Positions 56,793 through 64,000 of a stretch of 64,000 nt of DNA are shown piece after piece; position 1 is the first letter of the stretch; the number at the start of each line of letters is the position of its first letter. The stretch is from Epithemia pelagica (lineage: Eukaryota > Protista > Bacillariophyta): positions 3,286,001 to 3,350,000 of the forward strand of contig OX337235.1 in NCBI GenBank assembly GCA_946965045.2, written 5' to 3'. The notes beneath the pieces are model-generated. The model did not search any database. It was not told the origin of the DNA and saw only the letters and a program-made list of their open reading frames with translations. Made by a program: the position numbers and the translations under genes.

Positions 56793-57693
56793 CAACCTTC
56801 CAAAGAACACCAGAACGAAAGAAAAACCTCATCAGGATACCGGACAAAAATGGTTTCTTGGCATGTGTATTTTTTGTGTCAATGAAGGGAGCTTATTGCA
56901 ACTCCAGTATGTCCTCCAAGTCCAACAAAACAGTTAGTTGTTCATCGAGAACAATGGTTCCCAGAATTGAGGGAAGGGATGTGTAACTTGCCGAAAGAAG
57001 TTGAATGTCAGATGCGCGAACAAGGGTTCTTATATCTCTTGTTTCATGATGAGACAGTTTCACAGCCATGGTTGAGCTGCTGGTAATGATCTGGAACTTG
57101 GTGGGCTTGTGGTCTGGAATATTGGCTTGTGGCCCGGGCTATTATTTGAATCCTTGAGCGAGCAACATATGCACGAACAATCTTCAGGGTTTCTGCCATG
57201 CAAGTCTCCGCTTCAGGGTCGAGGAGCTGTTGAAAAGGCTCTGGATACGGTGTCAGCATCATTGTCTTTGGTTCTCCTTTGTCTGGGCCCAGCGCACAAT
57301 ACCTCCACCAGGAAGTCGTTACCCGAGTTCTTCCGTCACAAAGGTCGTCATGAGATAAGGCAATTGAAGACCACTTTCTTGCTCCATGCACAGTGTTGTT
57401 TGTGTAGCCCGTCATGCCTTTTCGTTGTCATTGTATAGAATGGGCTTGGCTAGTCCCATATAATATGTGTTGCTTGAATCATCCATCCTATGCAAAGAGG
57501 CTGCTTGTTATGAAAAAGGAGCTTTTCTCGAGTACTACTCACAGACTACTGGGCCAATTCACATGTAGTTAGATATATTATGGGTCATGCTGTCATAAAT
57601 GGGTTGGATTCCCTCCGTCTTCTATATCTCAATTGTTCACGTTGCGCGCACATTCCGATACAGCATCAAGTCACAGACACAATCATAGTGGAC

Positions 57694-58905
57694 TTATCCC
57701 TCTTCTGGTAGAGGTGGTGCACACTCCTCAAATGCAATTTCGGTTTCCGCGTATTCGCCATCGACAGTACTGTAGTTACCAGCTTCGTTCAGCGAGATGT
57801 CGACGTTCGGTGGTACAAAAGTGATTGTTGCAGTACAGGATGCAAGGTACTCTGCGGAAACAAGGTGGAAGTAATCGTTTTCCCAAAAGTTTTGGAGGAG
57901 AAACCAAACCTTTGGCTTTCCTGAATCTTCTGTTTCAACCTTACGCACCCCAAGCAGCACCATTGAGTGGAGAACACGCTGTTTCCCTTTCGATTCTCCA
58001 AAGGCACGAAACTCAGCTTCGTCCACTTCTCTGTCATGTACCACCTCCCTTTCGAAATTGGCCTCGATTGCAAATTGTTGAACCAATGCTGGTTCTTGGG
58101 AATGCTCGAACAGTCGGATCACATTTTGAACGCCGCAATAAAAGAAATATTCATCCAGTGACTTTTTGCAAATTGGTGCCGGCAAAAGCTGATGAGTGGA
58201 GGAAAGGCCAGTAATAGTCCTAAAGAACTCTTCCGATCCGAGTCCACAAGCTCCCGTTTCAATGTACTTCTTCTTCTTGGCAGGCTCCAAATTCTCGCGG
58301 ATGAATTGCGATATGTCTAGCATCCGGTGATTTGTTGTTTCTTGATCGGCACTTCGAAGGCATTGCAGATAGTGCTGTAGCAGAACACTGGCATGCAAAC
58401 AACAGATTCCAGACCTCTGTTTACGAATGACAAGATAATTCTCGATGGCTTCTTCATCAAAGAAAAGCCATGAGAACTCAATCGATGGAATCTTTACAGC
58501 TCCTTCATCCTCCTTGCTTTCCTCGTCCCTTTTTATAGCTTCAATTTTTTCGACAAAGGTGTCAAACTCCTTTTTAAATGTGGTGGTGTAACGAAGAGTG
58601 TCACCATGACCTGGGCTCCAACTGAAATCCTCTGACATTAGTCGTTTGGCACGATACTGTTTTAAGGCAGTAAGGCCTTCCCAATCCAAACCAAGCTCTG
58701 TTACAAATTCTGCTGCCAGTCTTTCGCGCTCTGCCATGGACATGATTTGTTGATTTGTAGGTGTCCTAGGTGTCTCAGCACTGTGAGGAGTATCGGTGGA
58801 GCTTGTGGTGGAAGAGAGGGTGAGCTGGGGCGTGGGGGGATCGTCCGCAGTGGCAGGAGATTCAAATAATGCCGTATTTATAGAGGCGAGATTGTATGTT
58901 GACAT
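57694..58905 (-). CDS. Papain-fold (clan CA) cysteine-peptidase-like protein without signal peptide (403 aa)
   Basis: KQRSGICCLHA (Gln..Cys), HSMVLLG (His) and WFLLQNFW (Asn) occur in papain order. Confidence 0.6.
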   Translation of the reverse strand: MSTYNLASINTALFESPATADDPPTPQLTLSSTTSSTDTPHSAETPRTPTNQQIMSMAERERLAAEFVTELGLDWEGLTALKQYRAKRLMSEDFSWSPGHGDTLRYTTTFKKEFDTFVEKIEAIKRDEESKEDEGAVKIPSIEFSWLFFDEEAIENYLVIRKQRSGICCLHASVLLQHYLQCLRSADQETTNHRMLDISQFIRENLEPAKKKKYIETGACGLGSEEFFRTITGLSSTHQLLPAPICKKSLDEYFFYCGVQNVIRLFEHSQEPALVQQFAIEANFEREVVHDREVDEAEFRAFGESKGKQRVLHSMVLLGVRKVETEDSGKPKVWFLLQNFWENDYFHLVSAEYLASCTATITFVPPNVDISLNEAGNYSTVDGEYAETEIAFEECAPPLPEEG

Positions 58906-59455
58906 GTTGCCCAACACTGAAGTAAAATGAATGAACGAACGAACAAACAAAGACCGAATGAACGAATGAATGAATGTGATGGCTCTGCGTGAACTGCAAG
59001 GACACGTTTCTATTCTCGACTCTCTCGTAGAAATGTCCACGGGATTACGCTGCTCGCATTCCTCTGTTTTGTGTGTTGCGTGGATCTTCCCAAAACTTGG
59101 AGCGCACAGGTGTGACAGGTGACAGGTGGCCCGGTGTGCGCTGAGCAATATTTTTGGACTATCATGTGTTTAGTCGGGTTTCGTTTTTGGGTTTCGTTTT
59201 CGCCATCGCTGGGCTCAGATCCTCATTGTCCCGTCTATTCTTTACTCAGTCGCGGTTTCCTGCTACTCTCTTCACCCTTCTCATCAAGGGGTAAGTTTTC
59301 TATTATTGAAGTAAGAAAGCTAGAGTGTGTAAATGAGCGACCGCATTGGAATCCGGATTGATGACCATGGCGGCTCGGTGGCCATGCAATTGTGCCCTAC
59401 ACCCTCCACCATAAATCTTTTTTGGAGATGGGAGGAATCTTCTCTCATTCGCTTG

Positions 59456-61807
59456 TACTTTTCGATCATACCGTCTTTCGTCCGTACACCAATCCCTTTG
59501 CCAAATTGGTATTGTGGTCCAGTTTGGTCCATCAAGCTGGATTCCTATGCTGTTCCAGTTTGAGTGGCTTTGCCATTGGGACGGTCCAAGATGCCGGATT
59601 GGTCTTTTTGTCGCGCATAAGTCATGACATTGCACCCCGCTTGTCACCTTGCGCGATTGGGTGAGGCAAGTGTTGCTTTGGGACGTCCTCTCGATACCAA
59701 TCGCGAATTGCGGACCGTCGGAATTTGCAATGGTACGTACTCGTACAAAAGTGGCGACAGTCCAGAAACGAGTACCACAATCAAGAGAGATTTCAAACCT
59801 TACCATGAATTTTCTCTCCGTCCCTTTCTGTCCGATATCTGCGTTTGGAAACCGAACCATCACAGTCATGTCCGGTCTGACTGTTGGCTTTACCGGGTCG
59901 TACATCTTTTCACAAACCATTTTACGCGGTGGATTGGTATTTGTATCATGGCCCTGTACCTCTTTTATGTCCTATCTCCCCTGAATTTGTTGGAATGGTC
60001 ACCCCTCTTTTTCTTGGACAGTACCTTGATTTTTATCGGCTACGATCTCTTGTACGAATGGTTGATTGAAATTCGAGACCGCATCTTGTGGTTTGAGTAC
60101 GCGCTCATTTGGGGCACCTTTGTGGCCATTCAAATCGTGGGGGTTGATGTCGGAATTTTGGTTGGTGTCGTGTCGGCCATGGTGGAACAGGCCTTGTCCA
60201 CGGCGCAAACCACCACGGTCCTGTGTGTCCCCAAACGATCCAAGGCGGTCTGGAGTCGCGAGGAAATGCAACTCTTGCATCGACATGTCTATCAACAAAA
60301 TGACAGTACACGTCCCATTGTCACGTTGGAATTGATGGGACCAGTCTTTTTTGGCTCCGCCCTCTATCTCATGGAACGACTCTTGCACGAAGTGGGCCTT
60401 TCGACGACCCTCGACCATGGCAACAACCACAACAACACCAAGGAAAGGATACAGAGCAACGGAAATGACACAAGGACGGACAATGGGCCATTCAAGGGAT
60501 CCCCCGCCATTCCCCATAGTCCACGGACGTCGCCGTACTTTGTGGCGCTCAACAAACGACCGTCCTTGTTTCATCAAGACGTTGCGTCGACCGTCTCCCA
60601 CGGCCCCAACCATCACACGACCACTAGTGGCGGCTCGATTCCCCGGTGCAGTCCTCCCAAATATTGCGTCTTGGATTTGACGCAAGTGTCCAACATGGAT
60701 GCCTCGTCGGCTCGTTCGTGCTTTGTTCAGTTTGCCAAATTGTGCAGTCAAGAGGGTATTACGGTCTGTGCCTCGGGTGCTACACCCCGCATTGCCTGGA
60801 TGCTACGGACGCATCAAGCCGCGTATCCACTCCAAGAGGAAGAAGAACGAATCAAGGCGACCTTGTGGCACGTGACAAAAACATGCTCGACCACCACCTC
60901 CTCCAAATCCTTGCAATCCCCGACGTTCCAACACCCCAAAGTGGACAAGATTCTCCTATTTCATACCACCCATGAAGCCTTGGAGTTTTGTGAAGCAAGT
61001 TTGATTCATGAATTTCAAAGTCAATCCACGTCGTTGTCCCAGACTAGTTCATCCGTCATGTCGGCGTCCCTAGGTTCGGCCAACAAGGACACGACACTCT
61101 CTTCCATTTTGGGACGATTTCTCTTGGCCGGTTCCATTGCCACGGGCTACTCCCCCGAGGAGCTGCTCATTATTTTACAACGACTCGACAGTCAACGATA
61201 CCATTCGGAATTGGAGTACCAGGCGGGCGAGAAAATCATGGCCCAAGATACCCGACCGGAATCCTTTTATGTCGTGCTGGAATGAGCAGTGGCCAGTGGT
61301 GCCGCCACGCCCGAATCCGTTCAACGACATCGACAACCCATTGTGTCGGGAGCCGGGCCCGTGCACTTGACGCAAAGTTCGAGTTTTACCAATTTGCTGG
61401 ATGCGCTACCACTGGCATTTGGAGGACGGGGACAGGACGGGGCGGAATTCACAGCGACGACGACGACGACCGCAAACCCGACCGGAATACCGCCACCACG
61501 CCAACCATTTCATCCCCATGCAGGCAGCTCGGGTGGTGGTAGTAGTGGCGGTGCGTACCATCCTCCAGTCGTGGTGGGTACTGTTTGGCCCCTGGGAGGT
61601 GTCTTTGGATTTACCGATTTGTGGTTGGATCGACCTCGTACCTTTGGAGCCTTTGCCACGCAAGATCCGACCAGAGTCGCACGCATTACAAGATCGCACA
61701 TGAATCTACTCCAACAAGAAGATGCTCAACTTTTTGGATTGCTCCATCAAGTGTTGTTGCGCGCGAGTATCTTGGATTTGGCCAATTGCACCTGCCATGG
61801 AGTGTAG
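59456..61807 (+). pseudogene. 5'-truncated, internally deleted copy of the SulP-STAS-cNMP gene
   Basis: Matches 53725-56792 but lacks blocks ~53897-54205, ~54250-54645 and ~20 bp near 54890; GGA>TGA stop at 61283-61285. Confidence 0.93.
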
Positions 61808-62709
61808 CAACCTTCCAAAGAACACCAGAACGAAAGAAAAACCTCATCAGGATACCGTACAAAAATGGTTTCTTGGCATGTGTATTTTTTTGTGTCAATG
61901 AAGGGAGCTTATTGCAACTCCAGTATGTCCTCCAAGTCCAACAGAACAGTTAGTTCTTCATCGAGAACAATGGTTCCCAGAATTGAGGGAAGGGATGTGT
62001 AACTTGCCGAAAGAAGTTGAATGTCAAATGCGCGAACAAGGGTTCTTATATCTCTTGTTTGATGATGAGACAGTTTCACAGCCATGGTTGAGCTGCTGGT
62101 AATGATCTGGAACTTGGTGGGCTTGTGGTCTGGAATATTGGCTTGTGACCCGGGCTATTATTTGAATCCTTGAGCGAGCAACATATGCACGAGCAATCTT
62201 CAGGGTTTCAGCCATGCAAGTCTCCGCTTCAGGGTCGAGGAGCTGTTGAAAAGGCTCTGGATACGGTGTCAGCATCATTGTCTTTGGTTCTCCTTTGTCT
62301 GGGCCCAGCGTACAATACCTCCACCAGGAAGTCGTTGCCAGAGTTCTTCCGTCACAAAGGTCGTCATGAGATAAGGCAATTGAAGACCACTTTCTTGCTC
62401 CATGCACAGTGTTGTTTGTGTAGCCCGTCATGCCTTTTCGTTGTCATTGTATAGAATGGGCTTGGCTAGTCCCATATAATATGTGTTGCTTGAATCATCC
62501 ATCCTATGCAAATAGGCTGCTTGTTATGAAAAAGGAGCTTTTCTCGAGTACTACTCACAGACTACTGGGCCAATTCACATGTAGTTAGATATATTATGGG
62601 TCATGCTGTCATAAATGGGTTGGATTCCCTCCGTCTTCTATATCTCAATTGTTCACGTTGCGCGCACATTCCGATACAGCATCAAGTCACAGACACAATC
62701 ATAGTGGAC

Positions 62710-63378
62710 TTATCCCTCTTCTGGTAGAGGTGGTGCACACTCCTCAAATGCAATTTCGGTTTCCGCGTATTCGCCATCGACAGTACTGTAGTTACCAGCT
62801 TCGTTCAGCGAGATGTCGACGTTCGGTGGTACAAAAGTGATTGTTGCAGTACAGGATGCAAGGTACTCTGCGGAAACAAGGTGGAAGTAATCGTTTTCCC
62901 AAAAGTTTTGGAGGAGAAACCAAACCTTTGGCTTTCCTGGATCTTCTGTTTCAACCTTACGCACCCCAAGCAGCACCATTGAGTGGAGAACACGCTGTTT
63001 CCCTTTCGATTCTCCAAAGGCACGAAACTCAGCTTCGTCCACTTCTCTGTCATGTACCACCTCCCTTTCGAAATTGGCCTCGATTGCAAATTGTTGAACC
63101 AATGCTGGTTCTTGGGAATGCTCGAACAGTCGGATCACATTTTGAACGCCGCAATAAAAGAAACATTCACCCAGTGACTTTTTGCAAATTGGTGCCGGCA
63201 AAAGCTGATGAGTGGAGGAAAGGCCAGTAATAGTTTTAAAGAACTCTTCCGATCCGAGTCCACAAGCTCCCGTTTCAATGTACTTCTTCTTCTTGGCAGG
63301 CTCCAAATTCTCGCGGATGAATTGCGATATGTCTAGCATCCGGTGATTTGTTGTTTCTTGATCGGCACTTCGAAGGCA
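62710..63378 (-). pseudogene. Truncated copy of the papain-like gene
   Basis: Near-identical to 57694-58362. A 551-bp deletion (equivalent to 58363-58913; CA microhomology at 63377-63378) removes the start codon and the Cys motif. Confidence 0.92.
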
Positions 63379-63929
63379 ACACTGAAGTAAAATGAATGAA
63401 CGAACGAACAAACAAAGACCGAATGAACAAATGAATGAATGTGATGGCTCTGCGTGAACTGCAAGGACACGTTTCTATTCTCGACTCTCTCGTAGAAATA
63501 AACAAATGTCCACGGGATTACGCTGCTCGCATTCCTCTGTTTTGTGTGTTGCGTGGATCTTCCCAAAACTTGGAGCGCACAGGTGTGACAGGTGACAGGT
63601 GGCCCGGTGTGCGCTGAGCAATATTTTTGGACTATCATGTGTTTAGTCGGGTTTCGTTTTTGGGTTTCGTTTTCGCCATCGCTGGGCTCAGATCCTCATT
63701 GTCCCGTCTATTCTTTACTCAGTCGCGGTTTCCTGCTACTCTCTTCACCCTTCTCATCAAGGGGTAAGTTTTCTATTATTGAAGTAAGAAAGCTAGAGTG
63801 TGTAAATGAGCGACCGCATTGGAATCCGGATTGATGACCATGGCGGCTCGGTGGCCATGCAATTGTGCCCTACACCCTCCACCATAAATCTTTTTTGGAG
63901 ATGGGAGGAATCTTCTCTCATTCGCTTGT

Positions 63930-64000
63930 ACTTTTCGATCATGCCGTCTTTCGTCCGTACACCAATCCCTTTGCCAAATTGGTATTGTGGTCCAGTTTGG
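63930..64000 (+). pseudogene. Start of a third, 5'-truncated SulP copy (runs off the window)
   Basis: 63379-64000 repeats 58914-59527, including the same junction into SulP coding sequence. Confidence 0.85.

Noticed and set aside
57044-57415. 123-aa minus-strand ORF, duplicated at 62024-62431
   Set aside because: Non-ATG start and no motif; its presence twice only reflects the recent segmental duplication.

Overview
Eukaryotic nuclear DNA, almost certainly from a diatom. The evidence is short GT-AG introns, a CoDi-type Ty1/copia element, an SLC4 transporter, an AA15-like LPMO, type II LRR membrane proteins and low-complexity T/Q/S-rich proteins; the species cannot be called. There is one 200-N gap (35618-35817). 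The main feature is an intact, very young 8,386-bp copia LTR retrotransposon (11965-20350; 784-bp LTRs with no mismatch seen; 5-bp TSD AAAAG). It has three unusual traits. (1) There is no TGG-type primer-binding site; the LTR is followed directly by GATTAACAGTC(TCA), the complement of a tRNA-Asn(GUU) anticodon arm, laid out like the half-tRNA PBS of Ty5. (2) An extra, ATG-less but strongly codon-biased ORF of ~247 codons lies between the PBS and gag-pol. (3) A perfect TACTAAC branch point and CAG acceptor sit directly in front of that ORF, implying a spliced accessory mRNA whose intron could remove the PBS. Host genes: a membrane-anchored LAAO-like flavoprotein, a sulfotransferase-like gene broken by a 7-bp duplication, a modular LPMO, pabAB, an ELO elongase with a QxxHH box, a SAM methyltransferase, a giant LRR membrane protein, a frameshifted kinase-like ORF, SLC4, a GT92 glycosyltransferase, a second sulfotransferase, a SulP-STAS-cNMP transporter and a papain-fold protein. 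The last two are tandemly re-duplicated as decaying copies to the window end. A degraded CoDi relic (~1.2-2.7 kb), a 1.3-kb tandem duplication and several hairpins/short repeats are also present. All annotation was done by eye with no database searches.
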